The notes beneath the pieces are model-generated. The model saw nothing but the letters and a program-made list of their open reading frames with translations. It had not been told where the DNA came from and searched no databases. From Octopus bimaculoides (lineage: Eukaryota), in NCBI RefSeq assembly GCF_001194135.2, contig NC_068994.1:59348820-59412819 (forward strand): 64,000 nt of DNA, read 5' to 3'. Both the position numbers and the translations under genes were made by a program. Positions 1 to 12,651 of this stretch are shown piece by piece (position 1 is the stretch's first letter; every line of letters starts with the position of its first letter).

Positions 1-520
1 AGAAAGAGTTTAACCAAAGAGCTGAGGAGAAAAGAAGACCTTCTTGAAATGAGAAGTTTGAAAGGAATACACAAGATGTTAAGGATAATACATGGCTTGA
101 GTGAGGGGATTTGAAGTGTACCACCGAAAGCCTGATCATTGCTGCACAAGACCAGGCTCTTGTTACCAATTCAATGAAGTATAACATCTATAAAACTTCT
201 GATACCCAGAAATGCAGACTCTGTTGAAAGAGTGTGGAAAATGTGACCCACTTGGTAAGTGGATGTGAGAGCCTTGCACAAAAAAAATACAAGCGCCACC
301 ACGATAAAGTGTGTGTGTATTTTCATTGGCTCTTATGCCGTAAATACCAATATGAAATAACGGAGAACTGGTATGAGAATGTACCAAGTATAGTTATGCA
401 GGAGGATGGAAAAGTAACGATACTCTGGGACTATGATTTTCAGACGGATCGTGTAATCAAACACTGTCGGACGGATATTGTCATATTGAATAAGAGAGAC
501 AAGTACTGTCAGATGCAGGT
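1..520 (+). mobile_element. Degenerate RLE-type non-LTR retrotransposon fragment (R4/Dong-like): CCHC zinc knuckle and start of restriction-like endonuclease
   Basis: The frame of ORF 234..614, extended upstream, reads TWLE*GDLKCTTESLIIAAQDQALVTN...KCRLC*KSVENVTHLVSGC...KRHHDKV..HW..C..WYE...ILWDYDFQTD..IKHCRTDIVILNK. AAQDQAL, CxxC-x8-H-x4-C, RHD, and ILWD/QTD/(P)DIV are hallmark motifs of this clade. In-frame stops show it is dead. Confidence 0.8.
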
Positions 521-610
521 TCAAAATTTAAAATACACAGAAATTCAAAATTTTAGCTGGAATATTCTGTGTTCCTTTCTAAACAAAATGACATCAATTT
601 TCACTACTCA

Positions 611-664
611 ATAATGATGATGATAATAATAATAATAATAATAATAATAATAGTAATAATAATA
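611..664 (+). repeat. (AAT)n/(GAT)n microsatellite downstream of the RLE LINE fragment
   Basis: ataatgatgatgataataataataataataat... read directly. Confidence 0.9.
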
Positions 665-2209
665 AAGTTTGGTATATTCATCATCATCATCATCATCATC
701 GTTATAATTGTTAAGGCCATAAAAGACTGAATATTTCTTCTTTTTAAGGATTATTGGTTGAGTCTCTTGTTCAAGACATTGGTTGGTGGCCCAGTTTTTG
801 AAACTGTTGCCTTAGATCCTACAAAACATTTCAGAGTTTATACACATTGTACCAACTTACAAAGGTAATCTCACTTTCTTTTATCTTTTTGTTTTTAACC
901 CTTTTTTCCTTACAATAAAAATGGGATGATCACAACAGTAGCTCCCATGCTTTGGCACAAACTGTCAGAGAAACAACTAATAACAATATATGAATGACTA
1001 TATTTTCTCAACTGAATAGATTTAAGGAACTGTAGATCAGTGGAAAGAAGAAAAAAAAAAGAAGAAACATAAGAATCCATTTAAAAGAGTGAAGATGTCT
1101 TTGAGAAGAAATGTTTTCACTTCATGGTAAAACTTTATTAAAAGCCAATATTTGTTACCAGCATTTTGACCAGAACCCCACTGGTCCCCTTTAGACAATG
1201 AATTGCAGATATTCAGGCTGCGCATTGGTCACCTCAATCTCATCAGTGTGGGAGGCTTAGAAATTATTATAAGTGCTGCCCCTTTTTTACTGACTTATAA
1301 ACTAATGAAAATAATCTCATTGTGTTTTAATGTCTATCTTTCATGCTGGCATGGGTTGGACAGTCTGACATGATCTGATGGGTCTGAAGACTGCATTCTG
1401 CTCCAGTGTCTGCTTTGGCATGGTTTCTATCATTCAATGTCCTTCCTAATGCCCACCACTTTATGATTAAGACCCTCTTTAACTGAGTGGGGGCAGCTTA
1501 GTGCTACAGGAGGAAAGGTCAAAGTATAAGAAGGGGCCACAATAGGACAGGTTCCACCTATCCATAAATTATATAATGTATTTACAGTAATCCCTCGACT
1601 ATTGCGGGAGTTATGTTCCAAAGCCTCCCACCGAAATAAGTAAAATCTAAAAAAATATAAATACCTATTGGCTGCAGAAACCCGGATACACTGAGGAGTC
1701 TGCGATTTAAACTTACATATATTAGCCAGAAAAATACTGTTTAGGATTTAGCTTGGTTCCTTTACGTATTGAGTTCAAACTGTACCAGAATCAACTTGGC
1801 TTCTCAAGTATCCCCAGCGCTAATAATACAAAAACTGCTATTGCATTAGAACCACAGCTGACTGTGGTTCTAATGTAACCACAACCACCACAACAACAAC
1901 AACAACATGTACATTAGAAAAAGACTTGCAAATAAACCACCTCAATATATGTTTTATTTCCGTAGGACAAAATATGGTCCTGGTGCAATAACCGTTTACT
2001 TCCTGAATGTATTTTCAAACAAAACTGTAGCCATTGATTTTCCTAAATACAGTAACCAAATTGTTCATTTGTACCTGTTGGAACCTGCAGATGAAATGGG
2101 TCTCAAGTCAAGGTAAGTGCTACACAATTTAATCTTTTCTTGTAGAGTGATAAAGTTGTGGCCTGTATGGTTTATTGAATATTGTTTGATTAGGATATTT
2201 CACTCTATC

Positions 2210-2590
2210 TCACTTTGGCAATGAAAGGTAAATTTGGTGAGATTGTGAAGATGTAGGGTCAGAGGCAAGAGATAAGTGGGAAGGGATCCTCAATCAGACT
2301 CTTCATATGCAATCCCTGTGGGTGAGTAATAGTGAGAGCAGGGATGGGCATGGTCGTACTCTGAGCTGAGAAATAGATGAAGTAATTGAGGCAGTCAGAG
2401 CATGTGACAGGATAATTAATATGAGACTAGTTACAGGCAATTCAGAAGCGATAGCTATTTCTGCATATGCTCGACAGGCAGGGCTCCCAGAACCGAAAGA
2501 TCGCTTCTTTCAGAATCTTTTGCACACTACCTCAATGATGACTGACAGTAACCTCATTATTATGGCTTTCGACTTCAATGTACAGTAGCC
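2210..2590 (+). mobile_element. RTE-clade LINE apurinic endonuclease fragment
   Basis: 2370-2579 reads EIDEVIEAVRACDRIINMRLVTGNSEAIAISAYARQAGLPEPKDRFFQNLLHTTSMMTDSNLIIMAFDFN, matching RTE endonuclease motifs (V.R..DRII, S.YAPQ.G, GDFN). Stops occur upstream. Confidence 0.7.
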
Positions 2591-3974
2591 ATCAAAATTA
2601 ACCGGAAAATTTAAAAGACTAATTGGCACGAAATAAAACCATTGCAATGATTCTTTAAATAAAAAGAATTTGTTCAATTCTTTTCTGTTGAACAAAACTG
2701 GTTTGTAGTTTCTTCCTTCGTGCTTTGGTGAAGTAGTTTTGCCTCTTGCCACCTTCACATTATTTCATGGAAATACTTATCAAGTAATTACTGAATTTAT
2801 AATGAAATGTTCAGATGACAACAATATTTGCTGTTTGTGTACATCTTCCTCATTTAACTTTCATCTTCCATGGGTTGGATCCAGTGTGTCAGAGGATTGT
2901 ATTGTGCTCCACTGTCTGTTTTGACATGGTTTCTATGGCCAAATGCCCTTTCCAACACCAACCACTTTACAAAGTGTACTGGGGGGGCCTTCTTTCATAA
3001 CCTTGACACTAGTGAGGTCACCAAGTAACTCAGAAGACTAAGATCCCCTTCCACTGAATGGGGCCACCATAGAGAGGGATACAGTTTTGTACTAAGGTGA
3101 TGAAAGGTTTGGAATATGAAGGAAAGGGTCCAGAACAAGATTTTGCTATGGAGGAGATACACTGCTACCAGCAATATAGAAAAATGGGATTTAAGAGAGA
3201 TTTGATTGTTATTTCTAGCAAGTTAACTTTTAATTACAATTCTATGTTAATGTAAATATTATGAATGAAGTGGGAGGAAAGTTAATTAAGCCCAAAGAGA
3301 AATTGAAGAAGCACCTCTGTTGGTTTATGCTTTCAATGGTTTGACTTGTGTCGATTCTGTTTGAACTTTCAATATTTTATTTTTTAGGAATGTCAAGTTA
3401 AATGGAATCCCACTTCACTTATTAAATAACAACCAGTTACCTTCTTTGAAGCCGAAACCACAAAAACAACCAGTCCTGATACCACCGTTAACATTTGGCT
3501 TTATTGTTCTTCCGAATGCCAAAGCAAGGCCTTGCTATATATAGAAAAGGTATTGTCCTAAACCATTTAAAGAGTTCTGTGATGAAGAAGTCCTTTCTAA
3601 GCAAATATTTACACTTAATTCTTAGCTGATTCCACAAAACAATTCAACTAAATTTGTACATAACCTTCATCATGTCTACATAACATTTTTTAAAATCAAT
3701 TGCCGGATCCTGCCATAGAGATATGAAGACAATAATAAAAAAATAAACAATAAGAGATTTATAATTCTTGATAAACGCAATCTTTGTTGTTATCTATACT
3801 TGTCAAGAGTCCTTGACTCTCAACTTGCTGGTAGAATGGTACAGTAGTCAGAGTCATGAGAGTCGAGAAAATGGGAAGAGCAGAGAAGTTAGTGGGTAAA
3901 AGTCAGAGGTTTGCCTCTGTTCTCCATCACAAGGATTAGAAGTGTGGGGTGTATAGAGGGGCGAGGGGCAAAGT

Positions 3975-4132
3975 GACGCTTTTGAGACCAGCTCTGGGTT
4001 GTGACTTAACCCCCACAAAAGAATGAAAGCAAAGTCGACCTCAGTAGAATTTGAACTCAGAACGTAAAGACAGACAAAATACCACAAAGCATTTTGTCCG
4101 GCGTGCTAACGACTCTGCCAGCTCACTGCCTT
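3975..4132 (-). mobile_element. tRNA-derived SINE (family B here)
   Basis: The minus strand carries GAGCTGGCAGAGTCGTTAGCACGCCGG...GAGTTCAAATTC (A/B-box-like). The same family recurs many times in the window. Confidence 0.7.
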
Positions 4133-7100
4133 ACTTAAGCTTAATAATGACAGATATTTTATTAAATTCCTCATTATTGTCAATTAAGTGAAATAAAGGC
4201 CGCATATATCAACAGAAATAACAAAAAGGTCAAAGCAAGAAGTACGGATTGATAGCAACCCACTTCTTTTTCTTCTTACAGAAAAAAGAAACATGGAAAT
4301 GATGCAGGAAGCATATCTCCAGGATTGGTAACAAGTGCAAAATAAATGCCTTCGAAACAACCAGAGACATTGAACTGATGGAATATATAAAAATGGTAAA
4401 GATAGAGAGAAAGAATGTTTTAGCAAAGCTACTCAAGAAGTGAAGTAGATTTGTGAAATTCAGTTTTTCGAGTTTGTGCCAGGGTGTGGAGCCACTAATG
4501 CTCTTGTTTTTACTAAGGCAACAATGGAACTTCTTAACCAAGGATCTTTATATTATTGAGTTGGAGAAGGCTTGTTGTCAGATGAAACCTTGATGAGGGG
4601 GCGTCTTGTGACAGCCATGAAAGTCATGTATAGGGACGTTGTGAGGAATTTAGCCTGCAGCTAGATGTCTAACAGAGCTTGGTTTTAAGCTATTTCCTGT
4701 TTTGTAGAATGTAAGGAGTTGAAGACAGATTGTAGTTCTCATTGAAGAATTAAAGAGTTCTTTATCTGAAAGAAAGGACCAGAATTGAGAGGCATGGAGA
4801 TATATATTGCTGTGTTGCAAACCAGTTTAAACTAGACCATTGTAGAAAACCAGAGATTATGATTAAAAAAAAAAAATGATGATAATGATGATGGAAGGAA
4901 AAGCAAGGTTTGTTTTCATGTTAAACACATGGGATACCTCGTTAGACTAAACTAATTAAAGCAAAGACCCAATGAGGACAAATCATAAAGTTATGTTACT
5001 TTGGAATTATTTAAATTTGTCTTGTTTTTCCTCGTGTTGCATTTAAATATGTCTCATTAGGTTTTACTAAATATTTCTTACACATTAAAATCAGTCATAG
5101 TGTTGTTATGTTGTTTCTTTATGTCATGTCCTATTTTAAGAACAGAAATAGCTATTTTTAAATTCATTTAAATTTCAGAGAAAAAAATAAACATTAAAAA
5201 TGTTTTTAATTCTTTTATTTCTCCATAATAATTTGTTAAGCAATGTTGTACAGAATCATTTAAGAGTAATATAGTCTAACATTGGAAAAAATAAAATTTG
5301 ATTCAAAAAGGAAAAAAAAAAAACATATTCATAACAAAACAGAATAAACAATAGCTTTTTCTTTTTCATCTTTGAAAGATACTTAAAATTATTAATAACA
5401 AACAACCCCATTTTTGGCCCACAATAGGAGAGAGAGAGAGAGAGAGATGAAGAAAGAAGCCTTTTTTTTTATTACCAACAACTTTATTGACAATCTAAAA
5501 ATAGAATGTGTGTGTGTGTGTGTGTGGTGATCTGAATAAAATCTAATAAAAATCACTTTAATTTTCCTTGTTAACAATGGTCATTGATGATTAATATGAT
5601 AATTAAGAGATGTTTTAGAATAGGCTTAATGTAATCAAACCATTGTTTCTAACGTAATCATGGTGTTATAAGCTGATAGTTTAGTAATGTCTTGCTTAAA
5701 TCTAAGTTTTGTTGATTGTTCAAAATATATATTTGTATTGTTTTATGAAATAATCTTTCTTTCTGTACTTTGAAAACTAGATAAATATCCTGATAAAAAG
5801 AGTATTATTTAATTAACATCTAATACCAATAAATTGAAAAAAAAAATGTAAGTATAGTTTTTATTAAATAAATTTAGGAAAAATATTTAAGATGAGAAAC
5901 AATAATGGTATTTGCTTCTTGAAAAAGAAAATAATTTTAGAATTATTTCCCCACCAATTGAAGTCTAAGTTGAATTTTTACTTCCTTTTGTGCAAGTGAT
6001 GAATAATTAATTAAAAGTTATTCTAAATAGATTTTAAGCCATCAAATATTAAACTAAACACACACACACACACAAAATAAATCACAAAACATTTTATACG
6101 CATTGATTGAAATGTTTATCGACAGGTAAGATGATATCACAGTATGGATTCTGAAGGTAGTCTTATAAATATCATCATCATCATATTTATTACAAGAAAT
6201 GCAGCCATTCTCTCCTCCAAAGCACAGATTCGTTAACCTACTTAATAATCTAATTCTGGTGAGAAGGGGTGGGGGCGGAAATCAAAATAGACAAAACCTA
6301 ATTATATGAACATTTGGATAACTAAGACAAAGTGTTTGAAATTACTGCCAATGTTAAAGTCTGGTAAAGACTGATATTTCTAATGTTTCCAAAGTCATTA
6401 AAGAGGGACAAAAGGTCTAAGAACTATTTACAAATAAAAGGAACTTTTCAAGGTGGAAAAAAAAAAAAAAATGATTGCTGTTTTGTTACTAAATGAGATC
6501 CAACAGAAACAAGCGTCAGATTCACTTTTTTAAAGCTCAACTGTCAACAATTTCCTGATTTGTTCTGAAAGTTTATATTTGAAAATTTTTTTTTGTTTTA
6601 AATATTGCAATATATATTGGTAAGTCATCTGTGATATTCAATATGAATTATGAAGTATCAATTTTAGATGAAATAATTAAGGTTTCCAATCCTTATTTTA
6701 TAAATATAACTAATTAGACAAGGGAAACCTTGCTGTTCAAATGGCAGAATGCCTAAGAATGGTATCATGGCAATGTATCAATTAAGATGACGAAATGGAG
6801 AGATAATGCGTTCTAATTTAGGTACAAGGCCAGCAAATTTAAAGGAAGTCGGTTAGCCAGTGCCATTGAGTCCAGTATTTCACTGGTACTTTATTTTATC
6901 AACCCCAAAAAGATGAAAGACAAAGTTGACAATGGCGAGATTTGAAACCAGAACAGAGATCCAGAAGAAATATTGCTTGGCATTTTGTCTTCCATTCTAA
7001 CAATTCTAAAAGCTCATCACTGCCTTAAATAGGAAGATACCAAAACTGAATGAGATTTTGTGACTCTTGATAGAATGAAAATGAGAGTACTTATCAGATA

Positions 7101-8038
7101 TTTATATATATGAACCAAAATCTTTTTAAATGCTTTTAAAACACAAAAAAAGAAAAAAATTAGAATAATTTTTTTTCTTTTTCTCAACTTGGCAGAGATT
7201 CTAAATACTTTTTGCTTTAATGAAAGAAACCAGTGATGCTGATCAACTCTGTCTCATAAAAAATGTAAGAACTGTTTTAGCAGACATGGATATGTTATTC
7301 TAAAAGATTACTAAAAACGTAAAAGCTCTTCTGTAGTAACACCTAAGAAATGAAACAGGGAGAAGAAGAATGCACTCGAAAAGAAATACCGTTTCTGAAA
7401 GAATGTCAAATAAATTATGCATAGAAAAGGTTTAAAAAGAATAATAATAATAATAAATAAAACGTACATATCACTCCCCCTACCCGACCCCACCAAAAAT
7501 CAAGATTAAGATGGAAACGAAGATAAATTATTTTGACTAATTTTAATGGTTATTCATATTTTCTGAACATTTACCGATTATCTCCCCCTCGCTTGCTCTT
7601 TCACCAGATGTGTGTATTCATATATATATTTACATACATCGCTACATTTATAGACACTCACACATTCACAATATATATATACATGTGTGTATATAAACAC
7701 ACACACAATCACACATACACACACGTATTCCACACTCACATACATACCATCACCTATGTATATATATATATAAATAAACACACAGACAGATGTTTGTGAG
7801 TTTTGTGGTAGTGAGTTAACAAGTTGAGGGCGGCAGTCCAGGAGCAGAGTTTGAAAGTAGCTATTATACGTAGCAACGAGTAAGGTGCAACTAGAGAAGT
7901 CTTTGAGAGAAGCAACATCAGAATCTGACAAATCTCTTTTCTTTTTTTTGTTTCCTTAAGAAAAAAAAAATTCAGTAACATTTTCTTTTTGGAATTGAAA
8001 ACTATTTCTTTTAAAAATTCTCACACATTATTTCAACC

Positions 8039-8069
<31 letters not shown>

Positions 8070-8388
8070 CATATACATATATATATATATGGACCTCTTT
8101 GTGTGTATGTGGGTGTGTGTGTAAAAGAGAATATTGGTATGAATGTGTAGATGTATGTGTGCATATATGAGTGATTATGTGTGTAATATACCTTCATATA
8201 TATATATTCATGCACACACAGAGCTAAATATATACACAAATACATCTATCTACAAATATATATATATATATACATACATACATATATAAAAGGAGAGAGA
8301 GAGAGACCTATATATGTATGTACACACACACACACACACACACACACCAAAACATACATGGACACAGATTTCTAATTAACTATTATTC

Positions 8389-8508
8389 TCAATGAACTTC
8401 CGCCCTTAATGCAGAATTGTTGTTTTGATTCTGGCCTTCTTGTGTAGCACAACTTGCAACGATTGCTGCACCTTTTCCACTTCCATCATGGGACAGCATC
8501 AGACGAAA
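8389..8508 (-). CDS. HK: Hexokinase, last coding exon (FRLMLSHDGSGKGAAIVASCATQEGQNQNNNSALRAEVH*)
   Basis: Acceptor ttccttttccAG, phase 0; conserved DGSGKGAA motif; TGA at 8391-8389; 120 nt. Confidence 0.93.
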   Translation of the reverse strand, partial: FRLMLSHDGSGKGAAIVASCATQEGQNQNNNSALRAEVH

Positions 8509-8639
8509 CTGGAAAAGGAAAAGAAGAAAACTAGAAATAACTAAAACTCAATTTCAAAAGACATCTTAGCATCCGGATTATTCTGTCAAAAGGGTTTGCT
8601 TATTTTTAATCACATTGGTTTTGTTTTTTACAATTAATT

Positions 8640-8797
8640 ATGCATTATTTTATAGCTTCAAGATTTCAATGATGTGATTGTTTATTTTTAGAATGATATT
8701 GCAGGGTAGGTGTGAGGGGTCAGATCTGGCCAGTTTGAACATAAAATGGTCAGAATATTTGGATTGGATATGACCAGTTTAAATGCTAAATGGTCAA
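8640..8797. mobile_element. Fragment of a dispersed repeat, possibly a piggyBac-type MITE end (related pieces at ~20880-20985 and ~33075-33240)
   Basis: Shared text gatttcaatgatgtgattgtt...ttagaat.a.att...ggt...ctggccagtttgaaca...tttaaatgctaaagggtt; the AAAGGGTT terminus resembles piggyBac ends. Confidence 0.4.
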
Positions 8798-8970
8798 GCC
8801 TTTCATTACAAAATCCACTGACTTTATTTTGTTTAACTTTTTAAATAAAAATTTTGTAAAATAACTAATGAAGCTAATGCTTAAAACAGAATTGGTATCA
8901 CAGAACCAGGAGCAGTTTCAGGTGGGTTGACAGAAAAATTTCAGTTAAATGAACTTAGAAATCTACTTAC

Positions 8971-9104
8971 TCTAGTAAGGGGACAAAGTGCTTTAATTTT
9001 TTCTACCATTAAGTCATGAAAATGAGGATGGAATCTGTAGAGAGAGCCATCTACAGCAACAGTAACTTCAGATCGACCCATCTTGTGAATCAAAGCAGCA
9101 GTAC
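8971..9104 (-). CDS. HK: Hexokinase exon ((G)TAALIHKMGRSEVTVAVDGSLYRFHPHFHDLMVEKIKALCPLTR)
   Basis: tttgttgttgtttcAG acceptor, GTAAGT donor; 134 nt, phase 1 to 0; VAVDGSLY motif. Confidence 0.95.
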
Positions 9105-10037
9105 CTGAAACAACAACAAAACATTGAAGTGAAAGTGAAACTTTGACCTGACAAGACTTTCCATTGCTTTCAACTGCAATACAATTACAAGACAACTTCA
9201 GCAACCAATATTACATGCAATCTATCATATCTTTGGCTAAAATATTAGATTCTGGTTGAAACGTAAGTATTATAGCCAGGATCTGTCCCTCTTCAGTTAG
9301 TACAGACTTTATTGAGGTTTCACTACATATTTCTTACACCGTACCTCTTATATTTCTTACACCGTACCTCTTAAGACTACACACTGCTTTACTAAATTAA
9401 ATAAACACTAAACAAATTTATATATATTTACATCTATATGCAGCATGAGTTGAGCAAAAGATTTCAGAGATCATCTTGGGTGCTCCCTAGCCATCAGCCA
9501 ATATGAAAGGAGGAAAACTCCTGCTCTTATTAAAACCCTGTTCTATGAATGGTCCTTTGGAAATGATGCTATGTTATTAAGTGTATTTAGAGCAGCAAGG
9601 TAGACCAAGCTTAATTTCTCATTGTGCACTTGTACAGGTAATGCCAATTTGATGGAGGGATTGAGCTAATGAACATTGCATCACTATCAACAAATCATTT
9701 GTGCAGGTTGTTCTGCAAGAAGTAGCAGAATCCTCACCTGTTGGCTAAGACAGTAGAATCCACCACATATATATATATATAGATCTGGTACGGTCAGGGG
9801 CTGTACCCGGTTCTATAGTCTGTTTTGGTTTGGTTTCTATGGTTGGATGTCTTTCCCTTAATGCCAAACACTCCATAGAATATATGTATATATATAAACA
9901 CATATAGAAATGGATATCCAAGAACAGTTGCTAAATCTATTGTCTCTGCTGTAGACAGACACAATCACTTATCTGAAAACATCAATCAATGAAACTGCAT
10001 ATAAAAGGTTTAAATATTTAATGAAACATTCGCTTAC

Positions 10038-10177
10038 CTGCGGCAGATAAATAGGCAGCTCGTGTGGAAATAGTTGAGCAGACATACTGAGCGATACGAC
10101 AATCTTCCACCATAAAGTTTGTTAAGTTAAGATCTTGAAAGACCTGTTTAGTATTTTTGAAGCTATCATCAATATCA
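10038..10177 (-). CDS. HK: Hexokinase exon ((S)DIDDSFKNTKQVFQDLNLTNFMVEDCRIAQYVCSTISTRAAYLSAA)
   Basis: cttcgtgttgcAG acceptor, GTAAGC donor; 140 nt, phase 2 to 1; DC..V..VC..ISTRAA.L motif. Confidence 0.93.
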
Positions 10178-11059
10178 CTGCAACACGAAGAAAAAAGTTA
10201 AATATCAAAGAAAAGAATTATTTTAGAATGTAATAAAACTGTTAAGTAAATGGATAAAAAAATACAATTTTGATGATTCTTAAAATTTGCATGCATTTCA
10301 AGGCTTAAAACTCAAAATATTAACTACAGACAAAAACGATCTTTCTTTCTCTCTCACACACACAAATGTAACTGTCTGTGTTTCATACTTAACATATATA
10401 CACCCCTGAAAGGCCTGATGCTGTGGGTTTTTATCCAAGAGGAAATCTCTAGACAAGTTGTGTTCAAAACAAGGGAGTGAGACGAACACTATTTCAGCCA
10501 GTGACTTACAAGAATGTAAGACATGTTTCGGTCTTTTTTGGACCGTGTCAACGACAAGTATCCATTTGACACATTGCATAAATAAAATGTCTCTTCTGAT
10601 TAATAGAAAATAGTGAATAATACATTCACTGATATTCTGGAAAGCCTGTTGGGTTGTAATAAACTCAGGGCATGCAACTGAAACAAGATTAAATTAAAAC
10701 AGTTATACATGTACTGCATCTGTATAGTGTATACACACTCCTGAAAGGCATGGTGCTGTGGCTTTTGTTTGAGAAAATATATATGCATGCACATATATAT
10801 AATGTATCTGGGCAATGTATTGAATGTACAACAAATGATGCAGCACCTTTGAAGTGTTCTTTCCAGAAGATACAGCTAATAATTTCAACAACTGCAATTT
10901 GGACTTTTTCTTTTTTCAAAGCTATTTTCCATCAATTTCTCTTTGCTAACAGAAAAATAAACAACAAAACCAATAAAGAAAAAAAAAAAGAGAAAAGAAA
11001 TTATTGAAACCCATAGATTTTACATTAGAAAATATGTCAAGAAATATTTTAATGTTTAC

Positions 11060-11215
11060 CTTTCAATTTCAGAAACATATTTTGTGTAAAACCGTCCACG
11101 AGTTGATAACTCTTCTGAGCCAACGCCATTGAAAATCAGTTTATGTCTGCGTAACTTTTCAAGTATAAGACGGACAAGTTCCCCCATGTACATTCCAGAT
11201 ATTGTCTTCTCAAAT
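11060..11215 (-). CDS. HK: Hexokinase exon ((R)[51 protein letters not shown])
   Basis: ttttactttacAG acceptor, GTAAAC donor; 156 nt, phase 2 to 2; FEKxISGMYxGELVR motif. Confidence 0.95.
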
Positions 11216-11409
11216 CTGTAAAGTAAAATAAAAATATATCACACTATAAGCATCCCAATCACCTCCACCTTTATCTTCTTTCCAGTTCCTTACAAATGGG
11301 GTAACCATGGATACCCCTCTGTAGCAAGACACCTGTGCTTCCTCTCAATACCTGGCATAACACCCACCACCACTCACAAACACCTCTTCCCACTTATCTC
11401 CTGTCTTGC

Positions 11410-11612
11410 ACATTACTTGGTGACCTCACTGGTGCAAGTGCACAATAAAAGCACCCAATGCACACTCTGCAAAGGGGTTGGCATTAGGAAGGGCATCCAA
11501 CCATAGAAACCAAGCCAAAACAGGTAATTGGAGCTCAATGCAGCACAACAGATTTTGTCAAACCATCCAACCCATGCCAGCATGGAAAAGGAACATTAAA
11601 TGATGATGATGA
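11410..11612 (+). mobile_element. Dispersed repeat with (GAT)n tail (family A here; SINE or LINE-tail type)
   Basis: ggttggcattaggaagggcatcca.ccatagaaac...aaaccatccaacccatgccagcatggaaa...ttaaatgatgatgat. Other copies at ~1325-1470, 2860-3060, 15255-15560, 17520-17860, 22100-22720, 30395-30865. Confidence 0.75.
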
Positions 11613-12164
11613 TGTGTGTACACATGCATGCACACACACACACATACAGAGAGAAGAAATCTAAGCAAATTAGGCAGAGTGAGCATTTTAGGTGCAACAG
11701 TGCTTTTCTATAAAATGGGATCAGGTTTCCATGGCGACTTTGTGATTGTTTTACCATTCTTGCATGGAAGCATTGTTTTCGAGTCAGATACCATTCCTGT
11801 CATTAACCGTTCTGCTTCTCAAGTAGGTTTTTTTTCTTATTCTGCACCTGTTTGAAGCGTGAAGTGAGATGTAAACACACACACACACACACATTGATAC
11901 ATGTACAAATACACTTGCCATGCAGTGGAACTGAACCTGGAACAACAATGTCAGGACGTAAACTTCCAAGTACCGCCTTGTCATACATTGTGTAACAAGG
12001 CAGTACTTTTGTCACATTTGTTACTGTGCCTTGCTGATTGTCTGTCTGAGAATTATAATAAAGGTAAACGTCTGTGGAATATTGAGCCACTTAGATGTTA
12101 GTTCAGGGGTAGGCAACACAGTTGACCAAGCAACTGAATCTGCATCACTGAAAGATCCATGCAT

Positions 12165-12310
12165 GACAGGCTTCTACTCAGTTTCCATTTCTTAAATTCC
12201 ACTTACAAGGCTTTGGTCTGCCTAAGGCTATAAGAGAAGATACTTGCCTAAGGAGCCATGCAGTGGGACTGAACCTAGAATAACAAGGTTGTGAAGCAAA
12301 CCGCTTAAGG
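12165..12310 (-). mobile_element. tRNA-derived SINE (family C here), minus orientation
   Basis: Reverse complement of ggttcagtcccactgc..gcaccttgggcaagtgtcttctactatagcc...ccaaagccttgtgagtggatttggtagacggaaactgaaagaagcc. Confidence 0.75.
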
Positions 12311-12415
12311 ACAGAATAAGACCTGCACCAAGTTGGGGAAAGGGATTTTGTTTTTAAATATGAACATTTCTTCATGACAAAATGTTGTTTGACATGTTTT
12401 ATTACACATACCACC

Positions 12416-12447
<32 letters not shown>

Positions 12448-12538
12448 CAAATCTTCAGATACTTTACACAGAACTAACACTAGATGACAGAAAACAAAAA
12501 CAAAAGCTAAACTATAGAGAGATCACACACATACATAC

Positions 12539-12651
12539 CGTTGCTTTCCTGGGTTGATGGAATGCTTGTCAACCTGCCTGTCGTAATCTGTTAGAATCTT
12601 GTCCAAACAGCCATCATCTCCAAATGCACCCCATTCTGTGTTAATTATAAC
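12539..12651 (-). CDS. HK: Hexokinase exon ([37 protein letters not shown](R))
   Basis: INTEWGAFG and NPGKQ motifs; 113 nt, phase 0 to 2; GTATGT donor; unusual acceptor (t)nctgcaaaaAG. Confidence 0.93.

Noticed and set aside
4270-4360. Plus-strand acceptor-like cttcttacAG followed by a short open stretch
   Set aside because: All frames close quickly, and no other plus-strand exons support a gene.
7533-8245. H/T/Y/I-rich ORFs (also 46457-47633)
   Set aside because: Translations of (CA)n and (TA)n microsatellites.
9327-9373. 23-bp perfect tandem duplication in an intron
   Set aside because: Ordinary slippage event, away from splice sites.
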